Assembly (NCBI GenBank): GCA_017962705.1
Contig: JAGCUV010000141.1
Span: forward strand, 1,894 to 65,893
DNA from: Bacteroidales bacterium
GTDB lineage: Bacteria; Bacteroidota; Bacteroidia; Bacteroidales; UBA932
Direction of reading: 5' to 3'
Length of the DNA: 64,000 nucleotides
The position numbers were made by a program, and so were the translations under genes. Positions 16,795 to 25,077 of the stretch are shown one piece after another (position 1 is the first letter of the stretch; every line of letters begins with the position of its first letter). The notes under the pieces were generated by a model. It ran no database searches. It saw only the letters and a list, made by a program, of their open reading frames with translations, and was not told where the DNA came from.

Positions 16795-18105
16795 ATGAAA
16801 ACCCATTGGTTCATTTTCGCAGCGGCCTTGGCCCTCGCGCTGACGCTGTCCGGCTGCAGAAAAGACAGCCCCGCCAATCCCGCCGTCCCCGATACTCCCG
16901 ATACCCCCGGCGCTTCGAGTTATTACGATGAAAACGGAGCGTATTTCGGCCCGACGACCGAAGCGACCCACTATTCCGGCGCCTACTATACCGGAGACTA
17001 CACCAGTCCCTTCAAGACCTATTTGGGCAAGACCGACCAGGAAATCCAACACAAACTGGACGAACTTTGGAACCATTATTTCAAAGGGAACAACAACGAA
17101 AGGGTCTATTTCGACAACGGAAACGAGGCTTATATCAAGGACATCAACAACAACGATGTTCGCTCCGAGGGGATGGCCTACGGAATGATGATTGCCGTGC
17201 AGACCAATCACAAAGCGGAGTTCGACAAGTTGTGGACTTGGACGAAAAACCATATGTGGCACAAGGGCGGGGAATGGGACGGCTATTTCGCCTGGCAACG
17301 CTCTGATAACGGAACCGGCGGGGACGACAACTGCTGCCCCGATGCCGAGATGTACTTTATGGCATCCCTGCTCTTTGCCGCCCACCGCTGGGACGACAAC
17401 GGCTATTGGGACGATGCGCAATACATATTGAAGAGAATGTGGGAAAATCCAAGCCACGTGCTGTTCAACAGAGACCATCACATCATCACCTTCCAGCCAA
17501 CAGGGAACGAACAAACTTTCTCCAACCCTTCTTACGACTTGCCTGCTTTCATCGAGTTGTTCTCCCGCTGGTCCGACACCGACCGGAACGACTGGACTGC
17601 CGCCGTCAGCGCGACGCGGAACCATCTTTACAAAAGTTCAAACTCCACTTCCGGCCTGTTTTCCGACTATAGCAACTTTGACGGAACGCCGCACGCATAC
17701 TCATACAACTCCAACGCGACCAAATATATGTATGACGCGATGCGGTGCGCGATGAATTTCGGGATGGATTACTACCTCTTCGGCGTCGATGCCACGCGGC
17801 AGACGCAAATGGCCAAACGCATCATTGATTTCTTCGAGGCGGACGGCTACAAGCACGCCCGCTTCAACTGGGACGGGACTGGCGCCTCCGAGACCTACAC
17901 CCTGGGCGAAACAGGCGCCAATGCCGTGGCCTGCTACGCCCTGATGGGTACGACCGGCTATGAGGAAATCATCAGGAAGAATCTTCAAATGGCCTGGGAT
18001 GCCACCCTAATGACGGGACAATACCGCTACTACGACGGCATGGTCCACTATCTCTCGATGCTCCATCTCTGCGGAAGTTTCAAAATCTGGAAGCCGAAGC
18101 CGTAA
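16795..18105 (+). CDS. Glycoside hydrolase family 8 lipoprotein (xylanase/Rex-like)
   Basis: Lipobox LSGC; DVRSEGMAYGMMIAVQ (catalytic acid), FDKLW, PDAEMYF, NPSY, YDAMR, YRYYDG. Confidence 0.9.
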   Translation: MKTHWFIFAAALALALTLSGCRKDSPANPAVPDTPDTPGASSYYDENGAYFGPTTEATHYSGAYYTGDYTSPFKTYLGKTDQEIQHKLDELWNHYFKGNNNERVYFDNGNEAYIKDINNNDVRSEGMAYGMMIAVQTNHKAEFDKLWTWTKNHMWHKGGEWDGYFAWQRSDNGTGGDDNCCPDAEMYFMASLLFAAHRWDDNGYWDDAQYILKRMWENPSHVLFNRDHHIITFQPTGNEQTFSNPSYDLPAFIELFSRWSDTDRNDWTAAVSATRNHLYKSSNSTSGLFSDYSNFDGTPHAYSYNSNATKYMYDAMRCAMNFGMDYYLFGVDATRQTQMAKRIIDFFEADGYKHARFNWDGTGASETYTLGETGANAVACYALMGTTGYEEIIRKNLQMAWDATLMTGQYRYYDGMVHYLSMLHLCGSFKIWKPKP

Positions 18106-18116
18106 AAAAGCAAGCA

Positions 18117-18728
18117 ATGAAAACACTGATATTCGCCAGCGGCAACAAGGGGAAAATCCGGGAGGCCGCCGAAATCCTGGAAGGACAATACGAAGTCATT
18201 TCCGCCGCCCAAGCCGGATTCACCGAAGAAGTGGAAGAGACGGGGACGACCTTTCAGGAGAATTCCCTGCTCAAGAGCCGGGCCATCTGGAACGCGCTGG
18301 GCCGCGACTGCTTCTCCGACGACTCCGGACTGGAAGTGGATGCGCTGAACGGCGCCCCGGGCATCTATTCCGCCCGTTACGCCGGACTGGACAAGGATTT
18401 CCAGCACAACATCGACAAAGTCCTTGCGCAGATGGAAGGGGTTACCGACCGCCGGGCCCGCTTCTGCTGCACCGTCACGCTGATGCTCGGCGGCACGCCC
18501 CATTTCTTCGACGGAACGCTCGAAGGAGAAATCGGCTATGCGCGCAAGGGCGCGGGCGGTTTCGGCTACGACCCGATTTTCATCCCCGACATCATTGCGC
18601 CCGGCGTTCCCAACAGTCAGCGGCTCTCCGTTTCGGAAATTTCCGAAGAAGACAAAAATCGCATTTCCCACCGGGGCGTCGCCCTCCGGCTGATGGCCGA
18701 ATATCTTTCCGGCCTCAACGCCGAATAA
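18117..18728 (+). CDS. rdgB: Non-canonical purine NTP pyrophosphatase (RdgB/HAM1)
   Basis: ASGNKGK, EETGTTF, DDSGLEVDALNGAPGIYSARY, GFGYDPIF, KNRISHRG. Confidence 0.96.
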   Translation: MKTLIFASGNKGKIREAAEILEGQYEVISAAQAGFTEEVEETGTTFQENSLLKSRAIWNALGRDCFSDDSGLEVDALNGAPGIYSARYAGLDKDFQHNIDKVLAQMEGVTDRRARFCCTVTLMLGGTPHFFDGTLEGEIGYARKGAGGFGYDPIFIPDIIAPGVPNSQRLSVSEISEEDKNRISHRGVALRLMAEYLSGLNAE

Positions 18729-18762
18729 TCCTGTCCCCTGACGAAAAAGCCTGACATACGCC

Positions 18763-19431
18763 GTGAAACAGCCCTGCGAACTCATTGTACTGCACACCAC
18801 GAAATATGGCGAGAACGCCCTCGTCATCCATACGCTCTGCCGGGAACTGGGCAAGAAAAGTTTCCTCGTCCGCGGGGTGGGCAAAAAGGTCTCGCCCGCC
18901 TGGTTTTTGCAATTCAACATCATCGAAGCCGACATCAGCCACAGCGACAAATCCAGTTTGGATGTTGCCTCCCATTTCTCGCAAAAAGAGCCGCTGACCT
19001 CTCTGCGGGAGTCTCCCGGAAAGAATTGCATCGCCCTTTTCCTCAGTGAAGTGCTGCTCAAGACCCTGCAAGAAGGCGAAGTGGACACCGATTTCTACGC
19101 TTGGTTGCGGGGCCGCATCCTGCTGCTGGACCGCTTGGGAACCGGTGCGAACCAGATTCCTTATGCCAATTTCCACATCGCCCTGCTCAAGGAACTGAGC
19201 GAAAAAGAAGGTTACCGGGCAACGGAACAAGATTTATTGATTTTCAGCGAGGAGGGCCTGAACGATCTGGAAAAGTTGGAGGGAAAATCTTTCGAACAAA
19301 CACTGCTCGTCCCCCTCACCGGCCATCGCCGCGACCGGATTATCCGCAGTTATCTCAAATTCCTGGAATATCACCTCGACACCCCCCTGCACATCCAATC
19401 CCTCGATGTGCTATCTGCGTTGTTCGCGTAA
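18763..19431 (+). CDS. recO: DNA repair protein RecO
   Basis: IVLHTTKYGENALVIHTL N-terminal OB fold, IALFLSEVL, ANFHI, C-terminal YHL...IQSLDVL of Bacteroidota RecO. Confidence 0.85.
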   Translation: MKQPCELIVLHTTKYGENALVIHTLCRELGKKSFLVRGVGKKVSPAWFLQFNIIEADISHSDKSSLDVASHFSQKEPLTSLRESPGKNCIALFLSEVLLKTLQEGEVDTDFYAWLRGRILLLDRLGTGANQIPYANFHIALLKELSEKEGYRATEQDLLIFSEEGLNDLEKLEGKSFEQTLLVPLTGHRRDRIIRSYLKFLEYHLDTPLHIQSLDVLSALFA

Positions 19432-19467
19432 GAGGATGTATTCTAAGACTTTTCCAAGGAATACAGC

Positions 19468-20337
19468 CTATGCTTCCTGCCACCGGATGGATTTGTCGCG
19501 GGCCCACCAGCTGAGCTGACGCTTGGCGTAGTGACGGGTATTGCGCTGTACCAGTTCGATGCCGCGCGCCAGATCGTACTCCCCTTCCAGCACCGGGAAC
19601 AATTCCTTGTACCCGACCGTCTGCAAGGCCGTCAGCGCCCGGTGGGGATAGAGCCGGCGCACCTCATCCATCAGCCCGTCCTCCACCATTTGCAGCACAC
19701 GGGCATCGATGCGGGCATACAACTCGGCCCGGGGACGCGTCAAACCGATTTTTTCAATCTCGAAGGGACGCTCCTTGCGGGTCCCGGTCTTGAAGGAAGA
19801 GAACGGACGGCCCGTCATCAGACAGACCTCCAGCGCCCGGACCACCCGCTGGCCATTGGCAATATCAATCGCCTCATACGAGGCCGGGTCCAAGGACTTG
19901 AGTTCCAAACGCAGCGACTCCACGCCCTCCTCCTTGAGCCGTCGCATCAATTCCTCCCGTAGCGGCAGATCGGCCGGCGGGAAATCATCCAGGCCCTCGC
20001 ACAACGCATCAATATAGAAGCCCGAGCCGCCTACCATCACCAGGGTCTCATGCCCCTGCTTGAACAGAGACTCCAGCAAAGCCAAGGCCTCCACCTCATA
20101 TTTACCGGCGGTGTAAGGCTCGAAAATCGTATGGTCCTGGATAAAATAATGGGGAATCCCGGCACGCAACGCCGCCGACGGGACGGCCGTCCCAATGCTC
20201 ATTTCCCGGTAAATCTGCCGGGAATCACAGGAAATAATGGGAGAGTCATAACGGCGGGCATACGACACGGAGAGGTCGGTCTTGCCCACGGCCGTGGGGC
20301 CTAGCAGAATCAGCAGCTTCTTACGCCCGGCCACCAC
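19468..20337 (-). CDS. miaA: tRNA dimethylallyltransferase
   Basis: GPTAVGKT, DSRQIYREMSIGTA, VGGSGFY, RVVRALEV, TRHYAKRQLSW. Confidence 0.97.
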   Translation of the reverse strand: MVAGRKKLLILLGPTAVGKTDLSVSYARRYDSPIISCDSRQIYREMSIGTAVPSAALRAGIPHYFIQDHTIFEPYTAGKYEVEALALLESLFKQGHETLVMVGGSGFYIDALCEGLDDFPPADLPLREELMRRLKEEGVESLRLELKSLDPASYEAIDIANGQRVVRALEVCLMTGRPFSSFKTGTRKERPFEIEKIGLTRPRAELYARIDARVLQMVEDGLMDEVRRLYPHRALTALQTVGYKELFPVLEGEYDLARGIELVQRNTRHYAKRQLSWWARDKSIRWQEA

Positions 20338-20900
20338 TACATTTCGTCCTCGTCAAACGCCTCTTCGTCTTCGGCGACAATCTCTTCTTCCTCCATCTCT
20401 TCATCATCCACATCCTCTTCGTCCTCATCCTCATTGCCTTTGAGCAAGCGCCGGCGCCGGTCATCGGGCATATCTTCCATCGCCACATACCCGCGCTCGA
20501 ACTCAATGGGGTTCGGCCCTTTGGCCTCCGCCTCCAACTGAATCGGATAATGCACCCCCTCATCGCCGACCGTCTCATCTTCAAAATCCACCAGCACGCT
20601 CTTGCGGTTGATGGTATCGTAAAAGTAGATGAAATGGTCCCAGCCTTCCTTGCGGCAGAGAGCGGCACTGACCTTGTCTATGGTACCCTTCCCCAGATTT
20701 TTGCTGTCGCTGAAACGGGCCATTGCCTCACCCAAGGCATCCACCGCCTTGAACACGACCGTCTGATCCTGCGGAAAATCCATGTCCGCACGCATGAGTT
20801 TGTGGAAACTGTAAAGGGAAGTCGCAGGCTTGAGCAGATAAAAACGGGCAAAGCCTCTGATGCCGGGAAGTGAAACTTTATACTTCAATAATTTCTCCAT
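20337..20900 (-). CDS. Conserved hypothetical protein (pRiA4b ORF-3/TnpR-like) with acidic tail
   Basis: SLYSFHKL..., FIYFYDT...YP pattern; TAGTG overlap with miaA. Confidence 0.55.
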   Translation of the reverse strand: MEKLLKYKVSLPGIRGFARFYLLKPATSLYSFHKLMRADMDFPQDQTVVFKAVDALGEAMARFSDSKNLGKGTIDKVSAALCRKEGWDHFIYFYDTINRKSVLVDFEDETVGDEGVHYPIQLEAEAKGPNPIEFERGYVAMEDMPDDRRRRLLKGNEDEDEEDVDDEEMEEEEIVAEDEEAFDEDEM

Positions 20901-20960
20901 AGACGCTGTTTCTTTTCAAGGGCACGAAGATACACAATATTTCGATTTCTTGGTATAATT

Positions 20961-21713
20961 TTAATAGCAATCCACCTTAAAACCTTCTTCCACAAGCGGA
21001 CGGACGAGTTTTTTCAGTTGTTCAACGGAAATTTTCTCCAAACCCTCCTCGGGAGCAGGACGATCGAGACTATAACACTGAATGGCGCGGGGCTGCAACT
21101 CGCGGACGAGGTCCATCCAGGCGGCGACGCGTTCCGGCGTCGTCGAATCGTAGCCGGGTCCCTTGAGGAACATACTCTGCAAAATGAAATTTCCGTCAAA
21201 GGCTCGCATGTTTTCCAATACCTCATTGACATCGTACGGGAAAGCCGGGCGATTGATGAGGGCGACATCTTCAGACGCGGCGGCATCCAACTTTAAAATG
21301 GGATTGTCCACCTTTTTCAGCGCTGCCACCACGGTTTTGTCTCCCAGCCGGGTACCATTGCTCAGCACGGACACTTTGGCATCCGGGAAATAGGCATCGC
21401 GAAGCAATACCACGTCATCCACGATTTTTGCGAATTCCGGATGAAGGGTCGGTTCTCCGGCCCCGCTGAAGGTGATGGAATCGATGTGCCCCCCGTCCAG
21501 CATCAGTTCCGCCAACTTGTCCTCCAACGCCCGGCGCACCTGCATGGCGGTCGGCAACACGCTGTCCCCCTTTCCATCCTTGTTCAAACCGCATTCGCAG
21601 TAAATGCAGTCAAAGTTGCAGATTTTCCCCTTGCGGGGTAGCAGATTGATGCCCAGAGACGCACCCAGGCGACGGGAGCGAATCGGGCCGAAAACAGTTT
21701 CTTCGCGCATCAT
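20961..21713 (-). CDS. Radical SAM protein
   Basis: VFGPIRSRRLGASLGINL, CNFDCIYC, ITFSGAGEPTLHP; start moved to MMREE (21713). Confidence 0.92.
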   Translation of the reverse strand: MMREETVFGPIRSRRLGASLGINLLPRKGKICNFDCIYCECGLNKDGKGDSVLPTAMQVRRALEDKLAELMLDGGHIDSITFSGAGEPTLHPEFAKIVDDVVLLRDAYFPDAKVSVLSNGTRLGDKTVVAALKKVDNPILKLDAAASEDVALINRPAFPYDVNEVLENMRAFDGNFILQSMFLKGPGYDSTTPERVAAWMDLVRELQPRAIQCYSLDRPAPEEGLEKISVEQLKKLVRPLVEEGFKVDCY

Positions 21714-21738
21714 AAGCCAAGTCTTTTGTTTCAACACA

Positions 21739-21784
21739 CAAAAATAATCAGTTTCTCGGAAAAGCAAAAAATTATGTATCTTTG
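21739..21784. promoter_or_regulatory. Divergent -7 elements
   Basis: TATTTTTG on minus (21746-21739) and TATCTTTG on plus (21777-21784). Confidence 0.6.
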
Positions 21785-21809
21785 CCAACGAAAATAAAAC
21801 TGAATGATT

Positions 21810-22361
21810 ATGAAACGATTCATCCTTATCGCAGCACTGGCCCTTTCCACGGCTTTTGTTGCCGTTGCTGCCGATGGCGAGAGCAACGCATCCGAACCCA
21901 TCAAAGCCCACTTTACCAACAACGGTCCCCGTGCCATCGGTGCCCGTTTCGGCTGGGGCGCCGAAGTCAGTTACCAGCACAACCTTGGCAAGAACTTCGT
22001 AGAGGCTGACCTCGGAACACCCGGTTGGAACGCTTTGGGTGTCCAAGCCACCGCCACCTACAACTTTGTCGTCGCCCAGCCTCAGTGGACGCCCGGCACC
22101 TGGACGGTCTATGCCGGCCCCGGTTTGCAGCTTGGCAGTTCGTTCGGAGTTGGTGTATTTGCCATGAATGTGGGTGTTGTAGGTCAGGCCGGATTGAGCT
22201 ATCGCTTTGAATTCCCGCTGGAACTCTCCGTCGACCTTCGCCCCGCTCTCGGCGGCGCCTTTGGTTCTGCCACAGTGGAGGGCGAGAAAATCCCCTATGG
22301 AGGTTTCTATTTCAACTACCTGGGTTTCATCCCCTGCCTCGGCGTCCGCTACGCTTTCTAA
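21810..22361 (+). CDS. Small outer-membrane beta-barrel protein
   Basis: Signal peptide, AIGARFG, AEVSYQH, alternating strands, C-terminal LGVRYAF. Confidence 0.75.
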   Translation: MKRFILIAALALSTAFVAVAADGESNASEPIKAHFTNNGPRAIGARFGWGAEVSYQHNLGKNFVEADLGTPGWNALGVQATATYNFVVAQPQWTPGTWTVYAGPGLQLGSSFGVGVFAMNVGVVGQAGLSYRFEFPLELSVDLRPALGGAFGSATVEGEKIPYGGFYFNYLGFIPCLGVRYAF

Positions 22362-22447
22362 AGCCTGACGCGCCCGGGCCTTTTGTCCCCGAAAGGGCGC
22401 TCACAAATAGAGTTGCGCCCATCGGCCTATTTATCAGCAGATTACAC

Positions 22448-22481
22448 AAAAGGACCTACCCGATTTTGGGTAGGTCCTTTT
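22448..22481. terminator. Bidirectional intrinsic terminator
   Basis: AAAAGGACCTACCC-loop-GGGTAGGTCCTTTT between convergent genes. Confidence 0.85.
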
Positions 22482-22554
22482 CATTAATCTATTGACAATC
22501 CGCAGATTATCTGCCGTGCATCCGTACGGTTTTTAATCCCGCACGCCGCCCGCC

Positions 22555-23928
22555 TTACAGCGCCTTGATGTACTCGTCGATGGCTTTGGCGGCTTTGCGG
22601 CCGGCACCCATCGCGAGGATGACCGTGGCGGCACCGGAGACGGTGTCACCGCCGGCGAACACGCCGGGACGGGAGGTGGCGCCGACTTCGGAAGCGACGA
22701 TGCAACCCTTGCGGTTGACCTCCAAGCCCTTGGTCGTAGAAGCAATCAGCGGGTTGGGAGAGGTTCCGAGGGCCATGATGACGGTCTCGGCCGGAATCTC
22801 GAACTCGGAACCGGGAATGACCTGCGGGCTGCGGCGGCCGCTCTCATCGGGCTCGCCCAGTTCCATCTTCACGCACTTGACCGCACGGACGCAGCCGTTC
22901 TCGTCGCCGAGGATTTCCACGGGATTGGTCAGCATATTGAAGACGATGCCTTCCTCGATGGCGTGGTGCACTTCCTCGCGACGGGCAGGCAGTTCCTTCT
23001 CGGTACGACGGTATACGATGTGGGTTTCGGCACCCAGACGAAGGGCGGTACGGGCCGCATCCATCGCGACATTGCCGCCGCCCACCACGATGGCCTGCTT
23101 GCCGGCGCGGATGGGGGTGAGGTAATCCTCGCGGAAAGCCTTCATCAGGTTGTTGCGGGTCAGGAACTCATTGGCGGAGAAAACACCGTTGAGGTTCTCA
23201 CCGGGGATGCCCATAAAGCGGGGCAGACCGGCACCCGTTCCCACGAAGACGGCTTTGAAACCTTCCTTGTCGAAGAGCTGGTCGATGGTGACGGTGCGGC
23301 CGATGACCACATCCGTTTCAAACTTGACACCCAGGGCGCGCACGGCCTCTATTTCGCGGGCCAGCACCTTGTCCTTGGGCAGACGGAACTCGGGAATACC
23401 ATACTGGAGCACGCCGCCGAGTTTGTGCAGGGCTTCGAAAATCGTCACGTCGTAGCCCCATTTGGCGAGGTCGCTGGCGCAGGCCAGACCGGCCGGGCCG
23501 CTGCCCACGACGGCGACTTTGACACCGTTAGCCGGAGCGACGACCGCTTCGGCGGTGGAATGGTCAGCCACGAAACGCTCGAGTTGGCCGATGGCCACGC
23601 TCTCGCCCTTGATGCCGAGGATGCAACTCCCCTCGCACTGGCTTTCCTGCGGACAAACACGGCCGCAGACAGCGGGCAGGGAAGAATCCTGCGCAATAAT
23701 GGATGCGGCACCCTTGACATCCCCTTCCAGCACCTTGGCGATGAACTCGGGAATGTTGATGTTCACCGGGCAGGCGCCCACGCAACGGGGATTCTTGCAG
23801 TGCAAGCAACGGGAGGCTTCCAACTGGGCCTCTTCCAGGTTGAAGCCGTAGCAGACTTCGTCAAAATTGGTGGCGCGCACGAGCGGTTCCTGCTCGCGAG
23901 CCTTGGTTCTTGCTATTTTGTTTGCCAT
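22555..23928 (-). CDS. nfnB: NADH-dependent reduced ferredoxin:NADP oxidoreductase large subunit (often annotated gltA/gltD/sudA)
   Basis: CLHCKNPRCVGACP, CGRVCPQESQCEGSC, GSGPAG, YGIPEFRLP, GGGNVAMD; paired with nfnA, no gltB nearby. Confidence 0.88.
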   Translation of the reverse strand: MANKIARTKAREQEPLVRATNFDEVCYGFNLEEAQLEASRCLHCKNPRCVGACPVNINIPEFIAKVLEGDVKGAASIIAQDSSLPAVCGRVCPQESQCEGSCILGIKGESVAIGQLERFVADHSTAEAVVAPANGVKVAVVGSGPAGLACASDLAKWGYDVTIFEALHKLGGVLQYGIPEFRLPKDKVLAREIEAVRALGVKFETDVVIGRTVTIDQLFDKEGFKAVFVGTGAGLPRFMGIPGENLNGVFSANEFLTRNNLMKAFREDYLTPIRAGKQAIVVGGGNVAMDAARTALRLGAETHIVYRRTEKELPARREEVHHAIEEGIVFNMLTNPVEILGDENGCVRAVKCVKMELGEPDESGRRSPQVIPGSEFEIPAETVIMALGTSPNPLIASTTKGLEVNRKGCIVASEVGATSRPGVFAGGDTVSGAATVILAMGAGRKAAKAIDEYIKAL

Positions 23929-23938
23929 AATCTTCTGC

Positions 23939-24799
23939 TTATTTACCTCTGCCGATGCGGCATACGTGATTTTCCTTCGCCTCTTTCTCTTCCGTCAAAT
24001 ACATTCTCTGGCGACGCATCGCCTCGTCGAAATCCACCAGATAACCGTCGAATTCGGGACCTTCCACGCAGGCGAAACGGGTCTTTCCGCCCACGCTCAC
24101 ACGGCAGGCGCCGCACATACCGGTGCCGTCTACCATCAAGGTGTTGAGGCTGACGGTGATGGGAATGTTGAGTTTCTTGGCCGTCAGGGTGGCGAATTTC
24201 ATCATAATCATAGGACCGATGGCCACACAGCGGGTGTACTGCTTGCCTTCTGCGACCAATTTCTCCAGCATCGCGGTACCCACGCCGTGGAATCCGGCAG
24301 AACCGTCGTCCGTGCAGAGATAGAGGTTGTCGCAAGCCGTCTCCATCTTGTCCGTATAGATGAAGAGGTCCTTGTTGCGGGCGCCGATGATCACATCCAC
24401 CTTGACACCGCGCTCGTGCAGCCATTTGGCCTGAGGATAGACGGGAGCCGTTCCCACGCCGCCGGCGATGAACACATAGTGCTGGCGGGAGAGTTCTTCG
24501 GGAGACATTTCCACAAAATCGGAGGGAATGCCCAGCGGGCCCACTACGTCAGCGAAAGCCTCGCCCGGTTCGAAGGAAACGATGTCGTTGGAGGAAGCGC
24601 CAATCATCTGGGTGACGATGGTCACCGTTCCTTTCTCCGCATCATAGTCACTGATGGTGAGCGGGATGCGCTCGCCTTTTTCATCCGCCCGGACAATCAG
24701 GAATTGTCCCGGTTGTGCCGCCTTTGCCAGCCTTTCGGCCTTGACATCCATCTCGCAGATGTTCGAGGTCAGCATCTTTTTTGTTACAATTTCAAACAT
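23939..24799 (-). CDS. nfnA: NfnA / sulfide-dihydroorotate dehydrogenase-like FAD/NAD-binding subunit
   Basis: PGQFLI, GERIPLTI, GPLG, AGGVGTAP, MVDGTGMCGACRV...ACVEGPEFD. Confidence 0.88.
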   Translation of the reverse strand: MFEIVTKKMLTSNICEMDVKAERLAKAAQPGQFLIVRADEKGERIPLTISDYDAEKGTVTIVTQMIGASSNDIVSFEPGEAFADVVGPLGIPSDFVEMSPEELSRQHYVFIAGGVGTAPVYPQAKWLHERGVKVDVIIGARNKDLFIYTDKMETACDNLYLCTDDGSAGFHGVGTAMLEKLVAEGKQYTRCVAIGPMIMMKFATLTAKKLNIPITVSLNTLMVDGTGMCGACRVSVGGKTRFACVEGPEFDGYLVDFDEAMRRQRMYLTEEKEAKENHVCRIGRGK

Positions 24800-24815
24800 A
24801 ATGATATTAGGTTAG

Positions 24816-25064
24816 TTATTTTGTTTCAATCACTTTGTAGCCCAGCTTCTCAATGGCTTTCGTCAGCGTAGAGACATTCGTTTTCGTACTGTCGTACTGA
24901 ATATACACGGTCTTCTCGGGGACATTGACTTTGAGGTCTTTCACGCCCTTTTCAAACGCCACGTTTTCTTCAATTTTTTGGGCGCATTTCTGGCAGTGAA
25001 TATCCGTGACAAAGGTCACATGGGAAAAAGCGGCCAACAAGGCCAGGGTAATCAGCAGTTTCAT
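24816..25064 (-). CDS. Secreted heavy-metal-associated (HMA) domain protein
   Basis: Signal peptide; HCQKC (CxxC); KGVKD...YDSTKT...IEKLGY. Confidence 0.85.
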   Translation of the reverse strand: MKLLITLALLAAFSHVTFVTDIHCQKCAQKIEENVAFEKGVKDLKVNVPEKTVYIQYDSTKTNVSTLTKAIEKLGYKVIETK

Positions 25065-25077
25065 ATCACCAATTAGA

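Noticed and set aside
20337-20900. Mobile-element gene (family label refers to plasmid/IS passenger proteins)
   Set aside because: Translationally coupled to miaA in a housekeeping context, with no transposase or terminal repeats
22555-23928. Glutamate synthase small subunit (gltD)
   Set aside because: No gltB adjacent; pairing with a PyrK-like subunit carrying the DGTGMCGAC motif fits NfnAB
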